Source: Candidatus Saccharimonadota bacterium (lineage in GTDB: Bacteria > Pseudomonadota > Gammaproteobacteria > Enterobacterales > Enterobacteriaceae_A). From it: a stretch of DNA of 32,000 nucleotides. The position numbers and the translations under genes were made by a program. The stretch's first letter is position 1. Each line of letters opens with the position of its first letter. Positions 1 to 11,240 of this stretch are shown here, piece by piece. Location of the stretch: contig CP102982.1 of NCBI GenBank assembly GCA_030849285.1, positions 180,001-212,000 on the forward strand, given 5' to 3'. The notes beneath the pieces were generated by a model. The model searched no databases. It was not told where the DNA came from and worked only from the letters and a program-made list of their open reading frames with translations.

Positions 1-182
1 AATTCATTCCTAATTAATGGATTTTTTAAAACATTAACATAAGAAAATTTATTACAACATTTTAATAAAATTTGAATTGCTTTTTCTGAAAAAGTACAAC
101 TTGGGTTTTTAGGTGTACCTTTCATATATATTAAAATTAAATTATTATTAATTTGTTTTTTAATTTTTTCAATTATTTTCAT
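1..182 (-). CDS. grxD: Monothiol glutaredoxin (Grx4/GrxD family), N-terminal part. The ORF runs off the window's left edge and is not in the supplied track.
   Basis: The reverse-strand ATG is at 182-180. The translation MKIIEKIKKQINNNLILIYMKGTPKNPSCTFSEKAIQILLKCCNKFSYVNVLKNPLIRNE is collinear with E. coli GrxD (..IEKIQRQIAENPILLYMKGSPKLPSCGFSAQAVQAL..YVDILQNPDIR..). Confidence 0.8.
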   Translation of the reverse strand, partial: MKIIEKIKKQINNNLILIYMKGTPKNPSCTFSEKAIQILLKCCNKFSYVNVLKNPLIRNE

Positions 183-286
183 TTATATTAATTATAGTAT
201 TTATTATTTAATTTATTATAAATATTTATTAATTATAAAATAATTTTATTTTATATAAAATATAAAAAACATAATTATTTTAATAA

Positions 287-1474
287 TTAAGAAATTATTT
301 TTGTAACTATTCCAGCCCCAACTGTTTTACCACCTTCTCTAATTGCGAAACGTAAACCAACATCCATAGCAATTGGATTTATTAAATTAACTATCATTTT
401 AATATTATCCCCTGGCATAACCATTTTAATATTACTGTCAGATAATTTAATATTTCCTGTTACATCAGTTGTTCTAAAATAAAATTGGGGTTTATATCCT
501 TTAAAAAAGGGTGTATGTCTACCACCTTCTTCTTTATTTAATATATAAACTTCTGATTCAAAAATAGTATGGGGTTTTATTGATCCTGGTTTTGCTAATA
601 CTTGTCCTCTTTCAATATCATTTCTTTTAATACTTCTTAATAAAACTCCTATATTTTCTCCAGCTCTACCTTCATCTAATAATTTACGAAACATTTCAAC
701 ACCTGTACAAGTAGTTTTAACAGTATTTTTAATACCTATAATTTCAATTTCTTCTCCTACCTTAATAATTCCTTTTTCAACTCTACCAGTTACTACTGTA
801 CCTCTTCCTGAAATTGAAAAAACATCTTCTATAGGTAATAAAAAATCTTTATCAATTAATCTTTTAGGTTCTGGAATATATGTATCTAAATAGTTTGAAA
901 GTTCTATAATTTTATCAATCCATTCAATTTCTCCATCTAATGCTTTTAATGCTGAACCTCTAACTATTGGTGTAGTATCTCCTGGAAAATTATATTGAGT
1001 TAAAAGTTCTCTTACTTCCATTTCAACTAATTCTAAAAGTTCTTCATCTTTAACCATATCACATTTATTTAAAAATACAATTATATAAGGAACCCCAACT
1101 TGACGGCTAAGTAAAATATGTTCTCTAGTTTGCGGCATGGGACCATCAGTTGCAGATACAACCAAAATAGCACCATCCATTTGAGCAGCTCCAGTAATCA
1201 TATTTTTAACATAATCGGCATGTCCTGGACAATCAACATGAGCATAATGACGAATTTTTGTATAATATTCAACATGCGAAGTATTAATTGTAATACCTCT
1301 TGCTTTTTCTTCTGGTGAATTATCAATTTGTTCAAAAGCTTTTGCAATACCACCATATTTTTTAGATAAAACTGTAGTAATTGCTGATGTTAAAGTTGTT
1401 TTACCATGATCAACATGACCTATTGTTCCAACATTTAAATGAAGTTTTTTTCTCTCAAATTTTTCTTTAGACAA
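287..1474 (-). CDS. tufA: Elongation factor Tu
   Basis: 395 aa. It carries the [14 protein letters not shown] and NKCD GTPase motifs and sits last in the rpsL-rpsG-fusA-tuf (str operon) order. Confidence 0.98.
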   Translation of the reverse strand: MSKEKFERKKLHLNVGTIGHVDHGKTTLTSAITTVLSKKYGGIAKAFEQIDNSPEEKARGITINTSHVEYYTKIRHYAHVDCPGHADYVKNMITGAAQMDGAILVVSATDGPMPQTREHILLSRQVGVPYIIVFLNKCDMVKDEELLELVEMEVRELLTQYNFPGDTTPIVRGSALKALDGEIEWIDKIIELSNYLDTYIPEPKRLIDKDFLLPIEDVFSISGRGTVVTGRVEKGIIKVGEEIEIIGIKNTVKTTCTGVEMFRKLLDEGRAGENIGVLLRSIKRNDIERGQVLAKPGSIKPHTIFESEVYILNKEEGGRHTPFFKGYKPQFYFRTTDVTGNIKLSDSNIKMVMPGDNIKMIVNLINPIAMDVGLRFAIREGGKTVGAGIVTKIIS

Positions 1475-1566
1475 AATATTTTCCTTTTAATTTAATTTAA
1501 TTTTATTTAATTTATATTATTTCATAATATATTTATAATTAAATTTTTACTTTAAAATATAATTAA

Positions 1567-3678
1567 TTACAAATATCCTCTTTTTTTAATAATTTTTTTT
1601 GATATATTATTAGGAGTTAAATCATATTTTTTAAATTTCATAAAATAAAATGCTCTTCCTTTAGTTAGTGATCTTAAATTAGTTGCATAACCAAACATTT
1701 CAGATAATGGAACTTCAGCATAAATAATTATATTATTTAAATTATTTTCTTGTTTTTTTAAAATACCTCTACGTCTACTTAAATCTCCAATTATATCTCC
1801 TATATTTTCTTTAGGTGTATCAATTTCTACTTTCATAATTGGTTCAAGTAATATTGGATTAGATTTTTTAAAACCTTCTTTAAATGCAAGTGAAGCAGCT
1901 ATTTTAAAAGCAATTTCGGAAGAATCAACATCATGATATGATCCATAATGTAAACGAATTCCAACATTAACAACCGGATATCCAGCTAATGGGCCAGATT
2001 TTAATTGCTCCTTAATTCCTTTTTTAATTGCAAGAATATATTCATTAGGAATAATACCACCTTTGATATCATTAATAAATTCATATTTATTTAAATTTAA
2101 ATTTAAATCTAATGGATAAATATCAATAACTACATGACCATATTGACCACGTCCGCCAGTTTGTTTAATATATTTTCCTTCAATATTAATACTTTTTTTA
2201 ACAATAGTTTCACGATAAGCAACTTGAGGTTTACCTATGTTAGCATCAACATTAAATTCTCGTTTCATTCTATCAATAATAATTTCAAGATGTAATTCCC
2301 CCATACCAGATATTATTGTTTGATTAGTTTCTAAATCTATAAATACTTTAAAAGAAGGATCTTCTTTAGATAAACGATTTAAAGCAAAACTCATTTTTTC
2401 TTGATCATTTTTAGTTTTAGGTTCAACTGCTATAGAAATTACAGGTACAGGGAATTTCATTTTCTCTAAAACTATTGGATTATTTATACTACATAAAGTA
2501 TCACCTGTTGTTACATTTTTTAAACCTATAGCTGCAAATATATCACCAGCAAAAACTTTTTTAATTTCTTCCCTTTTATTAGCATGCATTTGCAAAAGAC
2601 GACCAAATCTCTCGCGTATTAATTTTGAAGAATTTAAAACACTATCTCCAGAATTAATAAAACCTGAATATACTCTCAAAAATGTTAAATTTCCAACATA
2701 AGGATCAGTAATAATTTTAAAAGCAAGTGCTGAAAATGGTTCATTATCATTTAATAAACGTTTAATTTTTTTTTTGTTTTTATTTATACCATTTATATAT
2801 TTAATATCTTTAGGAGAAGGTAAATATTCTATTATTGAATCTAATAAAGATTGAACACCCTTGTTTTTAAATGCTGAACCACATGTAATTAAAGTTATTT
2901 CATTATTTAATACACGTTTTCTCAAAGCTTTTTTAATTTCATCTTCATTTATTTTTTTACCATCTAAATATTTTAACATTAATGTTTCTGATACTTCTAC
3001 TGCATATTCTATTAATTTTTTTCTCCATTTTTTAGATATAATTTTCATATTATTTGGTATATTTTTATATTTAAAAGTTGTACCTAAATCAAAATCATTC
3101 CATATAATAGCTTTCATTTTAATTAAATCTATAATTCCAATAAATTTTTCCTCTTTTCCTATAGGAATTTGTATTGGTACTGGATTTGAATTTAAACGAT
3201 TTTTTATTTGTTTTATAACTTTAAAAAAATTTGCTCCTACTCTATCCATTTTATTTATAAATGCAATTCTAGGAACATTATATTTATTTGCTTGTTTCCA
3301 TACGGTTTCTGATTGAGGTTGAACACCACCTACAGAACAATATACCATAATTACACCATCTAATATTCTCATTGATCTTTCAACTTCAATAGTAAAATCA
3401 ACATGACCTGGAGTATCTATTATATTAATTTTATGAGATTTAAATTGTTTTAACATTCCTGACCAAAATGTAGTTGTTGACGCTGCTGTTATTGTTATAC
3501 CTCTTTCTTGTTCTTGTTTCATCCAATCCATAGTTGCTGTTCCATCATGCACTTCCCCAATTTTATGATTAACTCCTGTATAAAATAAAATACGTTCAGT
3601 AGTTGTTGTTTTACCTGCATCTATATGTGCACTAATACCGATATTACGATAGTTTTCAATTGGTATTTTTCTTACCAT
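1567..3678 (-). CDS. fusA: Elongation factor G
   Basis: 703 aa. It carries [17 protein letters not shown] and NKMD motifs and occupies the str operon position. Confidence 0.98.
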   Translation of the reverse strand: MVRKIPIENYRNIGISAHIDAGKTTTTERILFYTGVNHKIGEVHDGTATMDWMKQEQERGITITAASTTTFWSGMLKQFKSHKINIIDTPGHVDFTIEVERSMRILDGVIMVYCSVGGVQPQSETVWKQANKYNVPRIAFINKMDRVGANFFKVIKQIKNRLNSNPVPIQIPIGKEEKFIGIIDLIKMKAIIWNDFDLGTTFKYKNIPNNMKIISKKWRKKLIEYAVEVSETLMLKYLDGKKINEDEIKKALRKRVLNNEITLITCGSAFKNKGVQSLLDSIIEYLPSPKDIKYINGINKNKKKIKRLLNDNEPFSALAFKIITDPYVGNLTFLRVYSGFINSGDSVLNSSKLIRERFGRLLQMHANKREEIKKVFAGDIFAAIGLKNVTTGDTLCSINNPIVLEKMKFPVPVISIAVEPKTKNDQEKMSFALNRLSKEDPSFKVFIDLETNQTIISGMGELHLEIIIDRMKREFNVDANIGKPQVAYRETIVKKSINIEGKYIKQTGGRGQYGHVVIDIYPLDLNLNLNKYEFINDIKGGIIPNEYILAIKKGIKEQLKSGPLAGYPVVNVGIRLHYGSYHDVDSSEIAFKIAASLAFKEGFKKSNPILLEPIMKVEIDTPKENIGDIIGDLSRRRGILKKQENNLNNIIIYAEVPLSEMFGYATNLRSLTKGRAFYFMKFKKYDLTPNNISKKIIKKRGYL

Positions 3679-3704
3679 TTAAATATCCTTAATTTTTAAA
3701 ATTA

Positions 3705-4175
3705 TTACCATTTATAATGCGCAAATGCTTTATTAGCTTCTGCCATTTTATGAACATTTTCACGTTTTTTAAATGCTAAGCCTTTTTTATTATATGCGTC
3801 AAATAATTCATTAGCTAATTTTAATGACATTGATTTATTTTTGCGTTTTTTAGCAGCATCAATAATCCATCTCATTGCTAATGAATTTTTTCTATTAGAA
3901 TTAACTTCAATTGGTACTTGATAATTTGCTCCTCCTATTCTACGAGATTTAACTTCAACAAATGGACTAATATTTATAATAGCTTTTTTAAATATTTTTA
4001 ATGAAAAATCTTTAGTAAAATTTGTTAAATTTTTTAATGCATCATATACTATTGTTTGAGCTATTGATTTTTTACCGTTAACCATTATTATATTTATAAA
4101 TTTTGTTAATAATTTTGATTTAAATTTTAAATCTGGCAAAATTTTACGTTTTTTAAAATTTTTATGACGTGACAT
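3705..4175 (-). CDS. rpsG: 30S ribosomal protein S7
   Basis: 156 aa, collinear with E. coli S7. It lies between rpsL and fusA. Confidence 0.95.
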   Translation of the reverse strand: MSRHKNFKKRKILPDLKFKSKLLTKFINIIMVNGKKSIAQTIVYDALKNLTNFTKDFSLKIFKKAIINISPFVEVKSRRIGGANYQVPIEVNSNRKNSLAMRWIIDAAKKRKNKSMSLKLANELFDAYNKKGLAFKKRENVHKMAEANKAFAHYKW

Positions 4176-4231
4176 TAAAACTCCATAATTAATATAATAT
4201 TTATTATTAATTATTTTAAAAATTATTTAAT

Positions 4232-4600
4232 TTATTTTTTTTTTACACCATACTTAGATCTTGATTTTTTTCTATTTTTAACACCATTACAATCAAGTGA
4301 TCCTCTAATAGTATGATATCTTACACCAGGTAAATCTTTAACTCTTCCACCTCTAATTAATACAACAGAATGTTCTTGTAAATTATGACCTTCTCCTCCA
4401 ATATAAGAAGTAACTTCAAAACCATTAGTTAAACGTACTCTACAAACTTTACGTAATGCTGAATTGGGTTTTTTAGGGGTAGTAGTATATACCTTAATAC
4501 ATACCCCTTTTTTTTGGGGACAATTTTTTAATGCTGGAACATTACTTTTATTTTTTTTAAAAAACCTAGACTTTCTAATTAATTGATTAATTGTTACCAT
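4232..4600 (-). CDS. rpsL: 30S ribosomal protein S12
   Basis: 122 aa. It contains the [12 protein letters not shown] and [14 protein letters not shown] motifs. Confidence 0.97.
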   Translation of the reverse strand: MVTINQLIRKSRFFKKNKSNVPALKNCPQKKGVCIKVYTTTPKKPNSALRKVCRVRLTNGFEVTSYIGGEGHNLQEHSVVLIRGGRVKDLPGVRYHTIRGSLDCNGVKNRKKSRSKYGVKKK

Positions 4601-4835
4601 ATTAACTCTATTTATTATTAAAATATTTAAATTATTTAAAATAAAATAAATAATTTTTAAAAATTTGTCAAGTTAAAGTTTAATACAATATTTATAATTT
4701 ATTATTAAATATTTTTAATTATTTAACAAAATATTATATTTAAATAATAAATAATAATTTAAATATTTTTACTAAAGTTTATTTATAAATATTGATAACA
4801 TAAATTTAATTTTAAATTAAATAAATAAGGATAAA

Positions 4836-6146
4836 ATGTCTAAAATAAAAAAAATAATAGCAAGAGAGATTTTGGATTCTAGAGGCTTTCCTACTGTTGA
4901 AACTGAAGTTCATTTAAATAGTGGTTTTATAGGTATTGCTTCAGTACCATCTGGTGCTTCTACCGGTACTTTTGAATCATTAGAACTAAGAGATAATGAT
5001 AAATTAAGATTTTTAGGAAAGGGTGTATTAAAATCAGTTAATATTATTAATAAAAAAATTTCAAAAATTCTTATAGGTAAAAATTCTTTAAATCAAGATT
5101 ATATTGATAATTTAATGATTAAAACAGATAGTACTAAAAATAAATCAAATTTTGGAGCTAATTCTATATTAAGTATATCTTTAGCTAATGCAAAAGCAGC
5201 TTCATATTATAAATGTATCCCATTATATGAACATATAGCAGAATTAAATAAAACACCTAAAAAATTTACTATACCATTACCAATGATAAATATAATAAAT
5301 GGTGGTAAACATGCAAATAATAATATAGATATTCAAGAATTCATGATACAACCAATAAATTCAAAAACCTTTAAAGATTCATTAACAATAAGTGCAAATG
5401 TATTTCATAATTTAGGTAAAATTCTTAAAAATAAAAATATGATGACTTCAGTTGGTGATGAAGGAGGTTATTCTCCAAATTTAAATTCAAATAATGAAGT
5501 TTTTAATTTAATTATTGAATCCATAGAAAATTCTGGTTATAAAATAGGAAAGGATATTTCTTTAGCTATTGATTGTGCAGCATCAGAATTTTATAAAAAT
5601 AAAAAATATACAATATTTGAAAATAATATTAAAAAACAATTTACATCAAAAGAATTTAGTAATTTTTTAAAAGAATTAACAGATAAATACCCAATATTAT
5701 CTATAGAAGATGGATTAGATGAATCCGATTGGGATGGTTTTATTTATCAAACAAAAATTATGGGTGATAAAATTCAACTTGTTGGTGATGATTTATTTGT
5801 AACAAATCCTAAATTATTAAAAAAGGGTATTATTAATAATGTAGCTAATTCTATTTTAATAAAATATAATCAAATTGGTACTCTTACAGAAACTTTAAAT
5901 ACAATTAAAATAGCTAAAAAATATGGTTATACAACTATAATATCGCATCGTTCTGGAGAAACTGAAGATACAACTATTTGTGATTTAGCTGTAGGTACAT
6001 CAGCTGGTCAAATTAAAACTGGTTCTATGAGTAGAACAGATCGTATAGCCAAATATAATAGACTTATTAGAATAGAAGAAATATTAAAAGAAAAAGCTCC
6101 ATTTAATGGTTTAAAAGAAATTAAAAATCAGAATATTGTAAATTAA
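4836..6146 (+). CDS. eno: Enolase
   Basis: 436 aa. The N-terminus is [16 protein letters not shown] and the SHRSGETED motif is present. An AAGGA Shine-Dalgarno sequence lies upstream. Confidence 0.97.
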   Translation: MSKIKKIIAREILDSRGFPTVETEVHLNSGFIGIASVPSGASTGTFESLELRDNDKLRFLGKGVLKSVNIINKKISKILIGKNSLNQDYIDNLMIKTDSTKNKSNFGANSILSISLANAKAASYYKCIPLYEHIAELNKTPKKFTIPLPMINIINGGKHANNNIDIQEFMIQPINSKTFKDSLTISANVFHNLGKILKNKNMMTSVGDEGGYSPNLNSNNEVFNLIIESIENSGYKIGKDISLAIDCAASEFYKNKKYTIFENNIKKQFTSKEFSNFLKELTDKYPILSIEDGLDESDWDGFIYQTKIMGDKIQLVGDDLFVTNPKLLKKGIINNVANSILIKYNQIGTLTETLNTIKIAKKYGYTTIISHRSGETEDTTICDLAVGTSAGQIKTGSMSRTDRIAKYNRLIRIEEILKEKAPFNGLKEIKNQNIVN

Positions 6147-6161
6147 AATATTTTTAAATAA

Positions 6162-6611
6162 TTATTTTAAAAAAAAATTTTTTAAAATTTTAGAACATTT
6201 AAGCATTAATATACCAGAAATAATTTCAATTTTATGATTATATCCTAAATTATTAAAAGTATTTATTAAAAAATTAATTGAGCCTATTTTATTACATGAT
6301 GCTCCATAAACTAATTTTTTTATTTTACTATTTAATATCGCTCCAATACACATTATACAAGGTTCTAATGTAACATAAAGTGTTGTATTTAATAAATAAT
6401 TATTTTTTAAAATTTTACTACTATTTCTTAAAACAATAATTTCAGAATGTGCAGTAGGATCTTTTTTTATAATAGATTTATTATAAGATTTACTTATTAT
6501 TTTATTTTTAAATATAAGTATTGATCCAATAGGTATTTCCCCCTTACCTATTGCTTTTAAAGCTATTTTATATGCTTTATTCATCCAATATAAATCATTA
6601 TATTTTGACAT
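6162..6611 (-). CDS. tadA: tRNA-specific adenosine deaminase
   Basis: 149 aa. It has the H(A/S)E...PCxxC deaminase signature (DPTAHSEIIV, LYVTLEPCIMCIGAI) and is collinear with E. coli TadA. Confidence 0.88.
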   Translation of the reverse strand: MSKYNDLYWMNKAYKIALKAIGKGEIPIGSILIFKNKIISKSYNKSIIKKDPTAHSEIIVLRNSSKILKNNYLLNTTLYVTLEPCIMCIGAILNSKIKKLVYGASCNKIGSINFLINTFNNLGYNHKIEIISGILMLKCSKILKNFFLK

Positions 6612-6664
6612 TTTATATATTAAAAATTTAATAAATTTTAATTTTAAAATTAAATAAATATAAA

Positions 6665-7270
6665 TTAAAATTCTTTATTTAAACGTAAATAAAGTCTTAT
6701 TAATACATTACCAATAATTTTTATTTTTTTAATATACCAATTTTTAGGTAAATTTATTATATGTTTTTTTTTTGATTCTATATAAATTAAAGATTTATCA
6801 GCTAAATATTTATTTTTTTCTAATAAAATTATAATTTTATTTAATATATTTTTTTTAAAAGGTGGATCTAAAAAAACTATATTAAAACATATTTTACTTT
6901 TTATATTAAGCCATTTTATTGTATTTATGTTAATTATATAATTATTGTAATTATTATAATTAAATGATTTTAAATTTTTTTTTAATTGATATATAATATT
7001 TATATTATTATCTATAAAAAAAACTTTAGATGCATAACGAGAAATTGCTTCTATTCCTAATGATCCACTACCCGCAAAACAATCTAAACATACTGAATTT
7101 TTAATATTAAATTTAAGCCAATTAAATAATATTTTTTTAATTATATTCATTGTTGGTTTTAAATTATAATTGTTATTAATAATTATCTTGCGATTTTTCC
7201 ATTTACCATCAATAATATTTATTTTATTTTTTTTTTTAATATATGTATTAATATTTTTTTTTTTAAACAT
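6665..7270 (-). CDS. rsmD: 16S rRNA (guanine966-N2)-methyltransferase
   Basis: 201 aa. The motifs LDCFAGSGSLGIEAISRYA and VFLDPPF match E. coli RsmD (CLDCFAGSGALGLEALSRYA, VFVDPPF). Confidence 0.8.
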   Translation of the reverse strand: MFKKKNINTYIKKKNKINIIDGKWKNRKIIINNNYNLKPTMNIIKKILFNWLKFNIKNSVCLDCFAGSGSLGIEAISRYASKVFFIDNNINIIYQLKKNLKSFNYNNYNNYIININTIKWLNIKSKICFNIVFLDPPFKKNILNKIIILLEKNKYLADKSLIYIESKKKHIINLPKNWYIKKIKIIGNVLIRLYLRLNKEF

Positions 7271-7348
7271 AAAATTTAATAAATTTTAAAAAATTTTTTA
7301 TATAGTTTATAATTTAATAATTATTTAATTATTTTAAAATAATTTTAT

Positions 7349-9814
7349 TTAATAAATTATATTTTCAAAAAGAATTTTAGAAAAAATTATTTTTTCATTT
7401 TGTTTTTTGTTTATTATTAAATTTTTTTTATCAATATTATTAATTTTAAATATTTTATTTTTATTAGTAATTATTATAATATAATTTTTATTATTATTGT
7501 ATATAATTGAAACTATTTTATTTTTGTTTATAATATTAAATTTAATATTTAAATTTTTAGTATTATAATTACTTTTAATTTTTTTAACAATACATTTATA
7601 ATTTGTTATAATAAAAATATTATTATATTTTTTATTTTTAATAATTAAAGATATTAATTTATCATTTTTATTTAAATATATAATTTTAATACCTAAATTA
7701 TTAAAATTCATTTCTTTAATTTTTTTTTCAGAAAAATACAATGTTTTTCCATTTAATGAAAATAAAATAATTTTATCATTTATTTTAATAACATTAGTAT
7801 TAATTACTTCATCATTATTATTTAAATTAATAATTTTTTTATATTTAAAATTAATGTTTAAAAATTTTTCAATTTTGAATTTTTTAAATATACCTTTTTT
7901 AGTTACAATAATTATATAATTAAATTTTTTAATATTATCAATCGATAATATTGTATGAATATATTCTTTTTTTTTAATATTTAAAATATTATTAATATTA
8001 TTATTTTTTTTAAAGTTATAATTTATTAAGTTCTTTACTTTTATTAAATATATAAATCCTAAATTTGAAAATAATATAATTTTTTCATAAATATTTGTAA
8101 TTATAAAACAACGTATTAAATCATTATATATATTTTTTTTTTTAATATTGTTTAAATTTTTTTTAAAATAATTAATATTACCTTTATATGTAATAAATAT
8201 TAATATATTTTTATTTAATATATTATTATTAAATTTTAAATCAAAATTATTAAATTTAATTTTTGTTCGTCTATTATCACCAAATTTTTTTTTTAATAAT
8301 ATTAATTCTTCAGTAATAATATTTATTAAATATTTTGAATTTTTTAAAATCATTATTAATTCTATACTTTTTTTAATTAATTTTTTATATTCAATAATTA
8401 AATTATAATATTCAATTCCAATTAATTTATGTAAACGTAAATCTAAAATTGCTTTAACTTGTTTTTTTGAAAAATAATATTTTTTTTTTTTATTTTTAAT
8501 ATACAACCAATTAAAATAAATTAAATTTTTTTTTGAATATTCTATTATTGAAAAAAATTTCTTAAATTTCCAGTAATTAATTAATAATAATTTTTCTGCT
8601 TCTTTTAATGTTTTTGTTTTTTTTAATATTTTAATTATAACTTTAATATTTATTAATGCAATTATTAAACCTTCTAAAATATGAATTCTTTTTTTTATTT
8701 TATTAAATAAAAATTTTGTTCTTCTTGTTACAATTTCTTTACGATGATTTAAAAAAGCTTCTAAAATATTTTTAATATTTAATAATTTTGGTTGACCTTT
8801 ATGTAATGCTACCATATTTATGTTAAATGTAGTTTCTAATTTTGTTAATAAATATAATTTTTTTAAAATTATTCTTGGTATTATTTTTTTTTTTAATTTA
8901 ATTACTATTCTCATTCCATCTTTATCAGATTCATCATTTATTTCATTAATACCATTTATTTTTTTTTTTTTAATTAAATTTAAAATACTTTTAATTAAAT
9001 ATAATTTATTTACTTGATATGGAATTTCTTTAATTATAATATTTTTGTTTTTATTTTTTAAATTTTTTTCTATTTTAATTTTTGCTCTTATTAAAATTTT
9101 CCCCCTACCTGTTTTATAAGCTTTTTTAATTTCTTCAGTACCATATATTATTGCTGATGTTGGAAAATCGGGGCCAGGTATATATTTCATTAATTTTTCA
9201 ATAGTAATATTTTTATTATTAATATAATTTAAACAAGCTTTTATAACTTCAGATAAATTATGAGGTGGTATATTAGTTGCCATTCCTACAGCAATACCTG
9301 ATGAACCATTTATTAATAAATTTGGAATTTTTGAAGGTAAAACTATAGGAATTAAATGAGTATTATCATAATTAGGAATAAATTCTACTGTATTTTTTTC
9401 TAAATCTGATAATAATTCATAAGCAATTTTTGACATTCGTATTTCAGTATATCTCATAGCAGCAGCATGATCACCATCAATTGAACCAAAATTACCTTGT
9501 CCATTAATTAAAATATATCTTAAAGAAAAATTTTGTGACATTCTAACAATTGAATCATATACAGCTTTATCTCCATGAGGGTGATATTTACCAATTACAT
9601 CACCAACTATTCTAGCAGATTTTTTATAAATATTAACCCAATTATTATTCATTTTATACATTGCATATAATATTCTACGATGTACTGGTTTTAACCCATC
9701 TCTAATATCTGGTAATGCTCGTTCAATAATTACAGACATAGCATAATCAAGATATGATTTTTTAAGTTCTTTTTCTATATTTATATATTTTTTATTTTCA
9801 ATAATATTAATCAT
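7349..9814 (-). CDS. gyrA: DNA gyrase subunit A. The N-terminal breakage-reunion domain is conserved and the C-terminal domain is highly degenerate.
   Basis: 821 aa. It contains [21 protein letters not shown] and the active-site Tyr context [11 protein letters not shown]. The C-terminal ~290 aa is almost entirely N/K/I. Confidence 0.95.
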   Translation of the reverse strand: MINIIENKKYINIEKELKKSYLDYAMSVIIERALPDIRDGLKPVHRRILYAMYKMNNNWVNIYKKSARIVGDVIGKYHPHGDKAVYDSIVRMSQNFSLRYILINGQGNFGSIDGDHAAAMRYTEIRMSKIAYELLSDLEKNTVEFIPNYDNTHLIPIVLPSKIPNLLINGSSGIAVGMATNIPPHNLSEVIKACLNYINNKNITIEKLMKYIPGPDFPTSAIIYGTEEIKKAYKTGRGKILIRAKIKIEKNLKNKNKNIIIKEIPYQVNKLYLIKSILNLIKKKKINGINEINDESDKDGMRIVIKLKKKIIPRIILKKLYLLTKLETTFNINMVALHKGQPKLLNIKNILEAFLNHRKEIVTRRTKFLFNKIKKRIHILEGLIIALINIKVIIKILKKTKTLKEAEKLLLINYWKFKKFFSIIEYSKKNLIYFNWLYIKNKKKKYYFSKKQVKAILDLRLHKLIGIEYYNLIIEYKKLIKKSIELIMILKNSKYLINIITEELILLKKKFGDNRRTKIKFNNFDLKFNNNILNKNILIFITYKGNINYFKKNLNNIKKKNIYNDLIRCFIITNIYEKIILFSNLGFIYLIKVKNLINYNFKKNNNINNILNIKKKEYIHTILSIDNIKKFNYIIIVTKKGIFKKFKIEKFLNINFKYKKIINLNNNDEVINTNVIKINDKIILFSLNGKTLYFSEKKIKEMNFNNLGIKIIYLNKNDKLISLIIKNKKYNNIFIITNYKCIVKKIKSNYNTKNLNIKFNIINKNKIVSIIYNNNKNYIIIITNKNKIFKINNIDKKNLIINKKQNEKIIFSKILFENIIY

Positions 9815-9915
9815 ATTTTTCTATATAATACTTTAAAATATTTAATTTTTTTAAATTAAATTATATTAAATATATTTTATATTTTAAAATTATTAAAATA
9901 TTTTAAATTAAGATA

Positions 9916-9943
9916 TTGTTTTTTTTTTAAAATATGTTATAAT
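9916..9943 (+). promoter_or_regulatory. Candidate sigma-70 promoter for the tRNA cluster
   Basis: TTGTTT at 9916-9921, a 16-nt spacer, then TGtTATAAT (extended -10) at 9935-9943. It lies 14 nt upstream of tRNA-Thr. Such hexamers occur by chance very often in DNA this AT-rich. Confidence 0.25.
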
Positions 9944-9956
9944 AATTATATTTATA

Positions 9957-10029
9957 GTCGGCTTAGCTCAGCAGGTAGAGCAACTGATTTGTAATCAGTG
10001 GGTCACCAGTTCAATTCCGGTAGCCGGCA
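9957..10029 (+). tRNA. thrU: tRNA-Thr (anticodon UGU)
   Basis: Hand-folded cloverleaf. The acceptor is GTCGGCT/AGCCGGC, the anticodon loop is tTTGTAa and the T-loop is TTCAATT. It resembles E. coli thrU. No 3' CCA is encoded. Confidence 0.9.
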
Positions 10030-10044
10030 TAATTACATAATTTT

Positions 10045-10126
10045 GATGGGATTCCCGAGTGGTTAAAGGGAGCAGACTGTAAATCTGCCGTCTAAGACTT
10101 CGAAGGTTCGAATCCTTCTCCCATCA
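10045..10126 (+). tRNA. tyrU: tRNA-Tyr (anticodon GUA), long variable arm
   Basis: Near-identical core to E. coli tRNA-Tyr (CCCGAG.GG..AAAGGGAGCAGACTGTAAATCTGCCGTC...CTTCGAAGGTTCGAATCCTTC). The acceptor is GATGGGA/TCCCATC. No CCA is encoded. Confidence 0.93.
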
Positions 10127-10159
10127 TTAAACATTAATTTTTAAAATATTTTAAAAAAA

Positions 10160-10231
10160 GCGGGTATAGTATAAAGGATATTACATTAGCCTTCCAAGTT
10201 AATGATATGGGTTCAATTCCCATTATCCGCT
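10160..10231 (+). tRNA. glyT: tRNA-Gly (anticodon UCC)
   Basis: The acceptor is GCGGGTA/TATCCGC, the D-arm GTAT/TTAC matches E. coli glyT, and the anticodon loop is CTTCCAA. No CCA is encoded. Confidence 0.9.
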
Positions 10232-10415
10232 TTATTAATTTTATTAATATTTTGTAATTCATAAAAGAGTATATTTTAGTATGAATGAAGTTATCAATTT
10301 AAATTTGATTATAAATATTTTAAAATTAATTAATTTAAATATAAATAAAAATATAAAATATTATTTATTAAAATTCTATTATTAAATAACAATTTATATT
10401 ATTTTAAAGGATATT

Positions 10416-10778
10416 ATGAATATTATAAAATATTTTAATATAATTAAATTTTTAACAAATAAAAATATATATATAATATTATTTTTAATATTAACTTTAT
10501 ACTTTTATAATAAATTTAATATATTTTTTAAAATATTATTAACTTTATTTATTATAATTATTAATATTTTAATAATTTTAAAAAAAATAAATAAAAAAAA
10601 AATAAATATAATTATTAACGAAATATTTTTTGAAATTAATAAAATATTTTGGCCCTCATATTTAGAAACATTTCGTAATGCTTTTATTATAACTATAATT
10701 ATAATTTTAATTTCAATAATTTTATATTTTTTAGATAATATTATATTTTATTTTATAAAATCTATAATAAATTTATAA
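10416..10778 (+). CDS. secE: Protein translocase subunit SecE
   Basis: 120 aa with three hydrophobic segments. The C-terminal EINKIFWPSYLETFRNAFIITII..ILYFLDNII is collinear with E. coli SecE ([32 protein letters not shown]). It keeps the ancestral position upstream of rplK. Confidence 0.82.
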   Translation: MNIIKYFNIIKFLTNKNIYIILFLILTLYFYNKFNIFFKILLTLFIIIINILIILKKINKKKINIIINEIFFEINKIFWPSYLETFRNAFIITIIIILISIILYFLDNIIFYFIKSIINL

Positions 10779-10807
10779 AAATTTTAAAATAATAAAGGAT
10801 TTAAAAA

Positions 10808-11236
10808 ATGATAAAAAAAATACAATCATTTTTAAAATTACAAGTAGGAGCTAAAATAGCAAATCCAAGCCCTCCTGTTGGCCCAGCATTAGGACAAAAA
10901 GGTATTAATATTATGGATTTTTGTAAAAAATTTAATATTATAACTAATAATTTTAAAAAAGGAACACCAATCCCTGTTATTATTACTATTTATTCAGATA
11001 AAACCTTTAAATTTATTATTAAAACACCACCTACTACTTTTTTAATTAAAGAAAAAATGGGTATAAAATTAGGTTCAAGTAAACCTAATAAAAATATAAT
11101 TGGTAATATTAATTATATTCAAATTAAAGAAATAGCAAAAATTAAATCCGTAGATATGACAGGAGCAAATATGGAAGCTATAATAAATTCTATTAAAGGA
11201 ACAGCTATTTCTATGGGTTTAACTGTAAAAGGATAA
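10808..11236 (+). CDS. rplK: 50S ribosomal protein L11
   Basis: 142 aa. It contains [34 protein letters not shown]. Confidence 0.97.
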   Translation: MIKKIQSFLKLQVGAKIANPSPPVGPALGQKGINIMDFCKKFNIITNNFKKGTPIPVIITIYSDKTFKFIIKTPPTTFLIKEKMGIKLGSSKPNKNIIGNINYIQIKEIAKIKSVDMTGANMEAIINSIKGTAISMGLTVKG

Positions 11237-11240
11237 TAAA

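Noticed and set aside
1118-1318. Antisense ORFs from the track that lie inside conserved genes: 1118-1318 (in tufA), 2861-3316 (in fusA), 8820-9017 (in gyrA), 12924-13154 (in rpoD), 18313-18531 (in trpC), 23951-24235 (in cyoA), 25445-25663 (in cyoB) and 30329-30511 (the same strand as metG but in a different frame).
   Set aside because: Each is fully embedded in a strongly conserved gene. Each has low-complexity F/I/L/N-rich translations typical of the off-frame of AT-rich coding DNA. None has a recognisable motif or ribosome-binding site.
10232-10415. A possible tufB or thrT pseudogene remnant in the glyT-secE spacer.
   Set aside because: Reading all frames by eye, I could find no residual tRNA cloverleaf and no EF-Tu-like codon string. 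I treat it as a completed deletion and not as an annotatable pseudogene.
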